Below are positions 38,808 through 47,335 of a stretch of DNA of 64,000 nt, one piece after another. Numbering within the stretch: the stretch's first letter is position 1; the number at the start of each line of letters is the position of its first letter. Source of the DNA: Bacteroidia bacterium (GTDB lineage Bacteria > Bacteroidota > Bacteroidia > Flavobacteriales > Flavobacteriaceae); contig JAUICK010000007.1 in assembly GCA_030427865.1 (NCBI GenBank), positions 76,831 through 140,830 on the forward strand. The letters run 5' to 3'. The notes under the pieces were generated by a model. It did no database searches. It was given only the letters and a program-made list of their open reading frames with translations, and was not told the origin of the DNA. A program made the translations under genes and the position numbers.

Positions 38808-39163
38808 TGAAAATATCTATTCTTTTTTTCTACATCTTAATTTCATTTTTTATTGGAACCTTCATTTATGCATCCAAGTATTTTGATATTCATTTACCAA
38901 GAATTATTCGGCATTATGTTAATGATTTTTTAATTATACCCATTGTACTCTTTATAAGTTTACAAATCTTACAATGGTTAAAAAATGATAAAAACTATAC
39001 CATAAGTATAGGAATAATTATCTATTTATGCTTACTATACAGCATTCTTTTTGAGTTTGTATTCCCAAAATATTTAGCAAGATATACAAAAGACTATATA
39101 GATATAATTTTATACTTTGCAAGCGGATTTCTGTTCTATCAATTGCAAAAAACAGAGAAATAA
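38807..39163 (+). CDS. Hypothetical membrane protein (start moved to MKISIL)
   Basis: Four hydrophobic segments; TAATG overlap with the upstream gene. Confidence 0.7.
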   Translation: MKISILFFYILISFFIGTFIYASKYFDIHLPRIIRHYVNDFLIIPIVLFISLQILQWLKNDKNYTISIGIIIYLCLLYSILFEFVFPKYLARYTKDYIDIILYFASGFLFYQLQKTEK

Positions 39164-39169
39164 TTTTTT

Positions 39170-39240
39170 ACAATTCATCATTCAAAATTTACAACTCGGT
39201 AGTTCTTTTTATTTAAAAGGATAAAACTCGTACATCTTTG
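39170..39240 (+). promoter_or_regulatory. Direct-repeat-regulated promoter of the TonB-dependent receptor
   Basis: ACAATTCA and ACAACTCGGT with 21-nt period, then CATCTTTG. Confidence 0.6.
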
Positions 39241-39262
39241 TATCATCAAAAAAACAAAACTG

Positions 39263-41419
39263 ATGAAACGCATTTTATTTTTACTTTTTACCATAAATCA
39301 ACTTTCAATAGTTGCACAAATTACCATTTCTGGTAAAGTTACAGATACCAAAAACAACCCTATTGTTGGGGCAAACGTATACTTAGATGGTACTTACGAT
39401 GGTGGTACAACTAATGACAAAGGAGAATTTTTATTTAAAACCGATGAAAAAGGAAAGCAAACATTAGTCGTTTCTTTTGTTTCTTTTGAGCCTTTTGTTA
39501 AAATAGACGATGTTTCTAAACTTAAAAATTTAGTCATAAAACTAAGAGATGATATAAATTCTTTAGATGCCGTAACTATAAATGCAGGAACATTTAGAGC
39601 TGGTGATAAAGCCAAAGTTACCGTTTTAAAACCTTTAGATATTGTTACCACAGCAAGTGCTGTTGGAGATGTTTTAGGTGCATTACAAACACTTCCTGGA
39701 ACTGCTGCTGCTGCAGAAGATGGTCGTTTATTTGTAAGAGGTGGAGATGCAGAAGAAACTCAAATTTTTATTGATGGTGTTCGTGTTTTTACACCTTATA
39801 GCCCATCTCCAAACAACGCTCCAACTCGTGGACGCTATTCTCCATTTCTATTCAAAGGAATTACCTTTTCTACTGGAGGATATTCAGCGGAATATGGACA
39901 AGCTTTATCTGGTGTATTAGATTTAACAACAACTGATAAACCTGACCAAGAAAAGACCGATATTTCTTTAATGACAGTAGGTGTAGGTGTTGGAAACACT
40001 CAAATTTGGGATAACAATTCGTTTAGTATCAATACGTCTTACATCAATTTACAACCCTATACAGAATTGTTTCCAGACAGAAATACTTGGTTAAGCCCTT
40101 ATCAATCTGCAAGTGGAGAAATGGTATATAGACATAGTTTTAAAGACGATTCTATGTTAAAAGTTTATGGAGCTTTTAGTTATACAGATTTAGATGTAAT
40201 TCAAGATGATATTAATTTTGATGATGGTTTTCGTTTCGGATTAGAAAACAGAAATTTATACATTAATAGTACTTACAAAAATAAATTTGGTAACAATTGG
40301 AAAATAGAAACAGGGATGAGTTTTACCAATGACCATTCTACTGTAAAAATAATTGACGATTTAATTAACAACAGTGAAAATTCAGCACATTTTAAGTTGA
40401 AATTCAAAAAACTATTCTCAAGTAGATTTAGAGTTGCATTTGGTTCTGAATATTTTATCACAAAGTTTGATGAAACTTACAACCCAATCAATACCTCCTC
40501 ATTTGATTACGGTTTTAACAACAACTTGTTCGCTTCTTTTGCAGAAACTGATATTTTCTTTTCTAAAAATTTAGCTGCTAAAATTGGGGTTAGAGCAGAA
40601 CACTCCAGTTTTTCTAACGAATTCTCCATTTCACCAAGAACTTCATTATCATATAAAACAGGAACAAATTCTCAATTTTCACTGGCATATGGTACGTTTT
40701 ATCAAAACCCAAGTAATAACTATTTAAAATTCGATCAAAATTTAAGAGCAGAAAATGCATCACATTTAATTGCCAACTTTCAACATACCCAAAAAAATCA
40801 AATCTTTAGAATAGAAGCGTATTATAAAGATTATCAAAATTTGGTAAAATTCGATTCTCAAATGCCAAATTTCTCATCAACCTTTTCAAATGATGGAAAT
40901 GCTTTTGCTAAAGGAATTGATGTTTTCTGGAGGCAAAATGGAAAAATAAAAAATACAGACTACTGGGTTTCATATTCATATTTAGACACAGAAAGAGATT
41001 TTAGAAATTACCCAACCAAAGCAACACCCAATTTTGCTTCAACTCATAATTTTTCTTTTGTTGCTAAACATTGGGTAGAAGACTGGAAAAGTCAGTTAGG
41101 GATTACTTATAATTTTGCTTCAGGCAGAACCTATACTAACCCTAATGAATCTGGTTTTTTAAATAACAAAACCAAACCTTACAACTCTGTAAGTTTAAAT
41201 TGGGCATATCTAATAGACCAACAAAAAATACTATATCTCTCTGTAAACAACGCTTTAGGCACCAGAAATGTTTTTGGCTACAATTACAAAAACACACCAA
41301 ATATGAACGGAAAATTTGATAGACAAGCAATTGTACCTAATACAGATAGCTTCTTTTTTGTAGGTTTCTTTTGGACGATTAGTGATGATAAAAAATCGAA
41401 TCAATTAGATAATTTATAA
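39263..41419 (+). CDS. TonB-dependent receptor / outer-membrane beta-barrel with carboxypeptidase-regulatory-like N-domain
   Basis: ISGKVTD..NNPI.GANV; plug DV.GALQTLPG...FVRGG; YSAEYGQALSG. Confidence 0.9.
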   Translation: MKRILFLLFTINQLSIVAQITISGKVTDTKNNPIVGANVYLDGTYDGGTTNDKGEFLFKTDEKGKQTLVVSFVSFEPFVKIDDVSKLKNLVIKLRDDINSLDAVTINAGTFRAGDKAKVTVLKPLDIVTTASAVGDVLGALQTLPGTAAAAEDGRLFVRGGDAEETQIFIDGVRVFTPYSPSPNNAPTRGRYSPFLFKGITFSTGGYSAEYGQALSGVLDLTTTDKPDQEKTDISLMTVGVGVGNTQIWDNNSFSINTSYINLQPYTELFPDRNTWLSPYQSASGEMVYRHSFKDDSMLKVYGAFSYTDLDVIQDDINFDDGFRFGLENRNLYINSTYKNKFGNNWKIETGMSFTNDHSTVKIIDDLINNSENSAHFKLKFKKLFSSRFRVAFGSEYFITKFDETYNPINTSSFDYGFNNNLFASFAETDIFFSKNLAAKIGVRAEHSSFSNEFSISPRTSLSYKTGTNSQFSLAYGTFYQNPSNNYLKFDQNLRAENASHLIANFQHTQKNQIFRIEAYYKDYQNLVKFDSQMPNFSSTFSNDGNAFAKGIDVFWRQNGKIKNTDYWVSYSYLDTERDFRNYPTKATPNFASTHNFSFVAKHWVEDWKSQLGITYNFASGRTYTNPNESGFLNNKTKPYNSVSLNWAYLIDQQKILYLSVNNALGTRNVFGYNYKNTPNMNGKFDRQAIVPNTDSFFFVGFFWTISDDKKSNQLDNL

Positions 41420-41420
41420 T

Positions 41421-41557
41421 GTTTTTAGAAGCCATTTCCAGCTTTCGCTACTCGCTTTTTTTAGTTTGTTCTCGATACAAATTTGTTCATTCTTCTCAAA
41501 TTCACTCGAACAGACACTAAAAAAGAGCTCAAACAGACCGCTCAATCTGGGCTAAAC
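41421..41557 (-). repeat. Structured interspersed repeat (possible Flavo-1 RNA), copy 1, with nested REP at 41468-41515
   Basis: Arms match the copies at 46163 and 51259; the central loop is expanded to ~60 nt. Confidence 0.8.
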
Positions 41558-41598
41558 ATATTTGCCAATACATAGAATAAATTTAAAAAGTCATTTCA

Positions 41599-41677
41599 AC
41601 TTTGAAACTTTGAAACTTTAAAACTTTAAAACTTTAAAACTTTAAAACTTTAAAACTTTAAAACTTTAAAACTTTAA
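41599..41677 (+). repeat. Octamer tandem repeat (ACTTTGAA)x2 + (ACTTTAAA)x~8
   Basis: About 10 units counted directly. Confidence 0.95.
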
Positions 41678-41685
41678 TAAAAACA

Positions 41686-41756
41686 ACAATTCAGAAACAA
41701 AAAACAACAATTCGGTATTATTCTTGTGTAAACTTCAAGAAAACATTAGATATTTG
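41686..41756 (+). promoter_or_regulatory. Direct-repeat-regulated promoter of the DUF2141 operon
   Basis: ACAATTCA and ACAATTCGGT with 21-nt period, then GATATTTG; same spacing as at 39170. Confidence 0.6.
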
Positions 41757-41777
41757 AATCATCAAAACAACAATACA

Positions 41778-42206
41778 ATGAAAAAATTATTTTTAACAGT
41801 AGCAATTATTTTTAGCGGAATTTTATCCTTACAAGCACAAGAAGAAACTTTCGATTTAACCATAGAAATTTCTGGAATGGATACAGACAAAGGAAAAGTC
41901 TTTATAGCCTTATACAATAGTAAAGAAAACTTTTTAAAGTCGAGTAAAGACAACAAAGGCACCAGTGCTATTGTTAAAAATAAAAAAGCAGTCGCTTATT
42001 TTAAAGGATTAAAAAAAGGTGAATATGCAATTTCATTATTTCATGATGAAAATGACAATAAAAAAATGGATACCAAGATTTTTGGAATTCCAAAAGAACC
42101 TTACGGATTTTCAAATAACGCAACAGGTTTTATGGGGCCTCCAAAATATAAAGATGCTAAATTTAGCTTAGATTCAAACAAAACAATTTCAATCTCTGTA
42201 GACTAA
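41778..42206 (+). CDS. DUF2141 family protein (start moved to MKKLFL)
   Basis: GEYAISLFHDENDN.KMD..FGIPKE.YGFSNN. Confidence 0.88.
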   Translation: MKKLFLTVAIIFSGILSLQAQEETFDLTIEISGMDTDKGKVFIALYNSKENFLKSSKDNKGTSAIVKNKKAVAYFKGLKKGEYAISLFHDENDNKKMDTKIFGIPKEPYGFSNNATGFMGPPKYKDAKFSLDSNKTISISVD

Positions 42207-42829
42207 TGTTAGCTCGAAAAATTTCATATTATGTTTTAGCTATTTGCTGCATTGCAATAGGATTATACCCAGCTATCTATTTTGTAATTGATAGAAAATT
42301 CGGATTGTTGGCAAGTAAAACAGATGCTCTTTTAGCTAATACATTATGGAATACAATGTTTTATACACACATTATTCTTGGAGGAATTGCCTTATTAATT
42401 GGATGGTTACAATTTAATAAAAAACTGAGAGTAAAAAACATACAACTACACAGAAAAATTGGAAAGATATATATCATTTCTTGTTTATTAAGTGGTATTG
42501 CAGGGTTCTATATTGCTCTATATGCAACAGGTGGAATTAGCCCTAAATTAGGATTTACTTCTATGGCTTTGGTTTGGTTTTTTACAACACTTTTTGGATT
42601 TAGAGCTATCAAAAACGGCAATATTATCAAACATCAAAAATTAATGATTTATAGTTATGCAGCTTGTTTTTCTGCTGTAACTCTTAGAATTTGGTTACCC
42701 ATTTTGTCTACTATTTTTGGCGGATTCTTACCTGCCTACAGAATTGTAGCTTGGTTATCTTGGATACCAAACCTTATAGTCGCTTACTTAATTATTACCT
42801 ATCAATTTAAACTACAAACTAAACACTAA
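42206..42829 (+). CDS. DUF2306 family membrane protein
   Basis: FYTHI..G, HR.IG.IY, H.K.MI.SYA...AVTLR.W. Confidence 0.85.
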   Translation: MLARKISYYVLAICCIAIGLYPAIYFVIDRKFGLLASKTDALLANTLWNTMFYTHIILGGIALLIGWLQFNKKLRVKNIQLHRKIGKIYIISCLLSGIAGFYIALYATGGISPKLGFTSMALVWFFTTLFGFRAIKNGNIIKHQKLMIYSYAACFSAVTLRIWLPILSTIFGGFLPAYRIVAWLSWIPNLIVAYLIITYQFKLQTKH

Positions 42830-42833
42830 CATT

Positions 42834-43457
42834 ATGAGAAAAGTATTATTTATTATCGCAATTTTCATTGCGACTGGGATTTCTGCGCAATCAAAGTATC
42901 AAAAAGGAATGCAAAAAGCTTTTCAACATTGGGAAAAAGGAGAAATGACTCAGGCTTCTCAATTATTTGAAAGAATCTCAAAAGCAGAACCTACCAACTG
43001 GTTACCAGCTTATTATGCTGCAACTGTAGAGATTTTAGGAAGCTTTGGAATGAAAGACGAGGCAAAACTTACCGCAAAATTAAATAAAGCACAAGAATTT
43101 TTAGATGTTGCTAAATCAAATTCTGAAAACAACCCAGAAGTTATTATTACACAAGCTTTATTAAACTTAGCTTATATTGCTTTTGACGGACAAAAATATG
43201 GAATGACATTATCTGGCAAAAACAATATGCTATATGCAAAAGCATTAAAAATAGCGCCTAATAATCCAAGAGTTATTTTAGGAAAAGCAGAATGGGAAAT
43301 GGGGGCAGCAAAATTCTTTGGAAAATCTACAAAGCCTTATTGCGAACAAATAAAACAGGCGATAGCATTGGGTAAAAAAGAAAAAATTGAAATTGAATTT
43401 TATCCTAAATTTCAAGTAAAAAGAGCAGAACAAGTTTTAAAACAATGCCAAGGATAG
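42834..43457 (+). CDS. Secreted TPR-like helical protein
   Basis: Signal peptide; WLPAYY, ALKIAPNNPRV. Confidence 0.7.
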   Translation: MRKVLFIIAIFIATGISAQSKYQKGMQKAFQHWEKGEMTQASQLFERISKAEPTNWLPAYYAATVEILGSFGMKDEAKLTAKLNKAQEFLDVAKSNSENNPEVIITQALLNLAYIAFDGQKYGMTLSGKNNMLYAKALKIAPNNPRVILGKAEWEMGAAKFFGKSTKPYCEQIKQAIALGKKEKIEIEFYPKFQVKRAEQVLKQCQG

Positions 43458-43459
43458 TA

Positions 43460-44152
43460 TTAACTTTTTTGAATTAAATCTATCATTAACTTAAAAGAAT
43501 CTTCATTTTTTATCCATTTATTAAATGGTAAATTTTGAAGATTTTTCTTTGGATATAAATAATAAAACATGGTTAAAGCTGCTAAAAAACTCCCAGCTTT
43601 AGAAGGATGAAACCCATCAAAACTATATAAATCTTCTTTATTTTTTTTGTTATTATAAGCTTTCCAAATTTTGCCAACAGGAAACAACAAAGCATTGTTT
43701 TTTTGAGCAGCAATTGTATGATTTTCAATGACCAAATCAAAAGTATAATACCATCTTTTAGATGTCCAAACCATAAAATAAACCAATTTTATATTGAACT
43801 TATCACACAACTTTTTAAGTTTGGCTCCATCTTCAATCAACATTTTTTTTCCTTCTAACTGACTTGAAGGTCCTTGCTGAACAACTAAATAATCGAATTT
43901 ATTTTTTTGCAATAGCTTTTGCAACTTACCTTCATTTAAATGATCTATTATAGCATAATTTGGTGCACATAAACTTTTAGTTTTAATTGACTCATTAAAC
44001 TCTTTTGCAATTTCTTCCAACATTTTAGGTAAATTATTGGAATAGGTTAAACTGTTGCCCACAAATAATATTTTTTGGGCATTTGATTGTAAGCCAATCA
44101 GTAAAATCCATAGAAAAAAAACAGTTTTCAGTTTACAAGAAAATTTCATCAA
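43460..44152 (-). CDS. SGNH/GDSL-like hydrolase
   Basis: ILFVGNSLT, VVQQ, DGFHPS..GS. Confidence 0.8.
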   Translation of the reverse strand: MMKFSCKLKTVFFLWILLIGLQSNAQKILFVGNSLTYSNNLPKMLEEIAKEFNESIKTKSLCAPNYAIIDHLNEGKLQKLLQKNKFDYLVVQQGPSSQLEGKKMLIEDGAKLKKLCDKFNIKLVYFMVWTSKRWYYTFDLVIENHTIAAQKNNALLFPVGKIWKAYNNKKNKEDLYSFDGFHPSKAGSFLAALTMFYYLYPKKNLQNLPFNKWIKNEDSFKLMIDLIQKS

Positions 44153-45234
44153 CCCAAAATTTTATTTACCAAATTTTGTTTTGCTTTTTCATCATTACCA
44201 AATAGCCATTGTAAGACGTTATCTTCCCAGATTTCTCCTTTTTCGGTTTCAGAAATGATGTTTTTTTCAATCGCTAAATCTAAAATTTTACCAGGATAAG
44301 AAGATTGTTTGTCACTTTCCATTTCGCCTAAAGGATAAGGGTCATCCAAACCCATTAAAACTTGTTTTGTACCCTGTCTTTCGAACATTAATTTTAATGA
44401 ATCTGTATCGTGCACTAAAGTGTCAAAGAAAATATTTGGATGCCCAACTGCTTTTCTTGGATGCGTTTTTCCTTCAAACAAATCTGGTCTTCCATCAAAA
44501 CCTTGTATTCTTCTTCCCAAATTCATTTGTGCTAATTGACCTCCGTGCGCAAAACAAGTTCTGATATTTGGAAAACGTTCTTGCATTCCGTTTAAGGTAT
44601 AAAAATGATAGGCATCTCCACATTGCGCCAACATCCAAATTAAGTGAAAACGCCAATTGGTGTTTTCTAATTTTATCATTTTATCTCCATCATAAGGATG
44701 AATTTCTATGGCTAATTTGTATTTGTCTGCGAGTTCAAAAATTCGATCATTTTCTTCATCAAAAACACAGCGCCATTGCCCAATAGAATCCATAAAATGC
44801 GTGGGCAAACACAAAACTTTTAATTCTAATTCGTTTATACAACGTTCCATTTCATATAGCGCACCATAAATAAAACCAGGATGCACTACAAAACCACAGG
44901 TAAATTTATCTGGATGATTGTGTTGCACTTTTGCATTAAAATCGTTCTGAAAACGGAGCGCTTTTTTCATTTCTTCTAAGCGCAAACCATTACCATACAA
45001 TTGAGAAAGATTTAGCACTACTGCATGATCTATTTTGTTTTTTTCCATCCATAACAATTTCTCATTAAGAAAAAAACTGGAATCTGTTACAGGTCGTTTC
45101 CAACCTTTTTGCAACATATGTTTACGCTCATTATCTACCCAGAAAATTTCTTTTTCCTTCATAAATTGAGGGATTTCTTCTGGATAAGGCAATAAATGTG
45201 AATGTCCGTTTATACGTAGTTTTCTTCGTGTCAT
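44149..45234 (-). CDS. nbaD: Amidohydrolase family; likely 2-amino-3-carboxymuconate-6-semialdehyde decarboxylase (ACMSD)
   Basis: HSH metal motif, IHPYD, AHGG, FDTLVHD, GLDDPYPLG; position in the kynurenine cluster. Confidence 0.82.
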   Translation of the reverse strand: MTRRKLRINGHSHLLPYPEEIPQFMKEKEIFWVDNERKHMLQKGWKRPVTDSSFFLNEKLLWMEKNKIDHAVVLNLSQLYGNGLRLEEMKKALRFQNDFNAKVQHNHPDKFTCGFVVHPGFIYGALYEMERCINELELKVLCLPTHFMDSIGQWRCVFDEENDRIFELADKYKLAIEIHPYDGDKMIKLENTNWRFHLIWMLAQCGDAYHFYTLNGMQERFPNIRTCFAHGGQLAQMNLGRRIQGFDGRPDLFEGKTHPRKAVGHPNIFFDTLVHDTDSLKLMFERQGTKQVLMGLDDPYPLGEMESDKQSSYPGKILDLAIEKNIISETEKGEIWEDNVLQWLFGNDEKAKQNLVNKILG

Positions 45235-45245
45235 ATTTTCTTAAT

Positions 45246-45512
45246 TTATGAAAACCAAAATATATTCATTTGATCTAAAAACTCTTTGTCATTAATTGGT
45301 AATTCAGAACTTAATACTGAATCAATTCCGCATCTTGGGCAACATGCAGTTTCTCCACCCTTTGGCTCTAAAATCCATTCTTTTATTTCTTTTGATTCAA
45401 ATAGGTTTTCACAATAAAAACATCCACAAAATTTATTCCGAATAATTTCTTCTTTATGAGAAGAACTTCTATCATGGGCTTCAATAAGATATTTTTCTGT
45501 AAACTTTTTCAA
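45246..45512 (-). CDS. Small Cys-rich putative zinc-binding protein
   Basis: CGCFYC...CCPRCGIDSVL; TTG start. Confidence 0.75.
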   Translation of the reverse strand: MKKFTEKYLIEAHDRSSSHKEEIIRNKFCGCFYCENLFESKEIKEWILEPKGGETACCPRCGIDSVLSSELPINDKEFLDQMNIFWFS

Positions 45513-45513
45513 T

Positions 45514-46044
45514 TTATTTAACTTTATTTGGTGGTTGCATTACAGTTCCACAATTATTGCAAGTACATTTTTCTATATCAGAATAATATTTATCGAAAAT
45601 TATTGGCATATCTGTTTCGATATTATCCAATTTAAATTTCTTTCTGTACAATTGATTTCCACAGTTTTCGCAATACCATTCTAAGGCATCTTTCATTTTC
45701 TTTTTGCGTGGATACTCAATAACCAAACCTACTGTATTTGCTTTTCTTTGAGGTGAATGTGGCACTTTTGCGGGCAATAAATAAATATCGCCTTCTTTGA
45801 TTTCTACATCTATCATTTTGCCTTTATCGTCTATGATTTTTAAAATCATGTCTCCTTCTACTTGGTAGAAAAACTCTGGAGTTTCATTGTAATGATAATC
45901 TTTTCTGTTATTGGGGCCACCAACAACCATCACAATATACTCACCATTATCCCAAACGCATTTGTTGCCCACAGGTGGTTTTAATAAATGACGATGTTCA
46001 TCAATCCATTTTTTAAAATTTAAAGGTTGTACTAAATTGCTCAT
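45514..46044 (-). CDS. nbaC: 3-hydroxyanthranilate 3,4-dioxygenase
   Basis: LKPPVGNK, VGGPN.RKDYH...EFF, PHSPQR, two CxxC rubredoxin-like pairs. Confidence 0.96.
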   Translation of the reverse strand: MSNLVQPLNFKKWIDEHRHLLKPPVGNKCVWDNGEYIVMVVGGPNNRKDYHYNETPEFFYQVEGDMILKIIDDKGKMIDVEIKEGDIYLLPAKVPHSPQRKANTVGLVIEYPRKKKMKDALEWYCENCGNQLYRKKFKLDNIETDMPIIFDKYYSDIEKCTCNNCGTVMQPPNKVK

Positions 46045-46162
46045 TTCTTTTAGATTTTTAGATTGTTGGATATTGAGATTGTTAGACTTTAAAATTACTA
46101 ATTTTAAATGGCTTTTTAAAAAACTCTTTTTGTTGGCTTTTAATTACTAAATTCTGCAAACA

Positions 46163-46250
46163 GGTTTAGCCCTGATTGAAGCAATTGTTTGAGCTCTTTT
46201 TGAGGAACGAAAAAAAGCGAGTGCGAAAAGCAGGAAATAGCTTCTAAAAA
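46163..46250 (+). repeat. Structured interspersed repeat (possible Flavo-1 RNA), copy 2
   Basis: GGTTTAGCCCTGATTGAAGC...GAGCTCTTTTT-loop-AAAAAAAGCGAGTGCGAAAAGCAGG; abuts the SDR stop codon. Confidence 0.85.
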
Positions 46251-46252
46251 AA

Positions 46253-47032
46253 TTACAAACTTTTTGTTCTTCCGCCATCTACAGGAATATTAATTCCGTT
46301 AATATAACTTGCTTGCTCGCTTGCTAAAAACACAATTGCTGCTGCCACTTCTTCTGGCTTTGCAAATCGTTTTGCGGGTGCTGCATTTTTCATAGCTTCT
46401 GCAACTTCATTAAAAGATTTTTCTGTTTTTTGAGCTTTGTTATTAATGATTTCTTTTAGACGTTCTGTACTTGTTGCACCTGGCAACACATTGTTAACGG
46501 TGATGCCGAATTCGCCCAACTCGTTTGCTAAGGTTTTAGACCAATTGGCAACTGCGCCACGTATGGTATTGCTTACACCTAAACCATCTAAAGGTTGTTT
46601 TACGGAAGTTGAAATGACGTTGATAATTCGCCCAAAACATTGGCTTTTCATAAACGGAACCAACGTTTGAACCAAAATGTGATTGCATTTTAAATGTTGG
46701 GTAAATGCATTTTCGAACTCTTCTATTGTTGCATTAAAAATAGGACCTCCTGCTGGACCTCCTGTATTATTTACAAGAATATGGAACTGTAAATCTGACT
46801 TTTCTAATACTTTTTTTAACTCATTGGGTTTAGAGAAATCTGCAATAAGATAGCTATGACATTGTTTGCCATTATGCTTCATTTCAGACAAAGCAGCTTT
46901 TAACTTTTCTTGGTTTCTAGCTAAAAGTGTTACGTTTGCTCCTTCTTCTGCTAATAGTATAGCAGCTGCTTTACCAATACCTTGTGTACTACCACAAACT
47001 AATGCGTTTTTGTTTTTTATGTTTAAATTCAT
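46253..47032 (-). CDS. SDR family oxidoreductase
   Basis: CGSTQGIG, NNTGGP, SNTIR, NNVLPG, IPVDGG; atypical active site lacking YxxxK. Confidence 0.9.
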   Translation of the reverse strand: MNLNIKNKNALVCGSTQGIGKAAAILLAEEGANVTLLARNQEKLKAALSEMKHNGKQCHSYLIADFSKPNELKKVLEKSDLQFHILVNNTGGPAGGPIFNATIEEFENAFTQHLKCNHILVQTLVPFMKSQCFGRIINVISTSVKQPLDGLGVSNTIRGAVANWSKTLANELGEFGITVNNVLPGATSTERLKEIINNKAQKTEKSFNEVAEAMKNAAPAKRFAKPEEVAAAIVFLASEQASYINGINIPVDGGRTKSL

Positions 47033-47037
47033 ATTTC

Positions 47038-47112
47038 TGCCATTCCTGTGTAAACAGGAATCTATTTTTATTTGGTTATTCTGCTATGGATTCCTGCCTG
47101 CTCAGGAACGAT
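47038..47112. repeat. Inverted pair of REP-like hairpins
   Basis: CATTCCTGTGTAAACAGGAATCTA ... TGGATTCCTGCCTGCTCAGGAACGA. Confidence 0.7.
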
Positions 47113-47116
47113 AAGA

Positions 47117-47335
47117 CTATTTATTTTCAATAATCATTTTCTTAATCTTAACCGCTTTTTCAAAATGATCTAATAGATGTGTTTCAATCCACCAAGTGGC
47201 AACTTCCATTAACAAATTTGGGTTGTCATTTTTGTTCTTAAAAAATGCGTAGAATGATACACCTACATTTTCTCATTTTTTTAAAATTTTCTCATCACAA
47301 ATTAGAATGATTTTTTCTCTGATTTCTTTAATCAT
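47117..47335 (-). pseudogene. DUF6500-like small protein interrupted by an in-frame TGA
   Basis: MIKEIREKIILICDEKILKK*ENVGVSFYAFFKNKNDNPNLLMEVATWWIETHLLDHFEKAVKIKKMIIENK*; TGA at 47273-47275. Confidence 0.75.

Noticed and set aside
32326-41677. Tandem arrays as possible CRISPR arrays
   Set aside because: 8-nt units with no spacers and no cas genes
46045-46100. Degenerate TTAGATT-like octamer run upstream of nbaC
   Set aside because: Too degenerate to support a specific claim; probably a decayed VNTR
46866-47114. 82-aa plus-strand ORF
   Set aside because: Antisense to the SDR and runs through the REP pair
47273-47275. TGA as evidence of an alternative genetic code or selenocysteine
   Set aside because: TGA terminates three other genes here; the expected residue is Gly and no SECIS-like hairpin is evident
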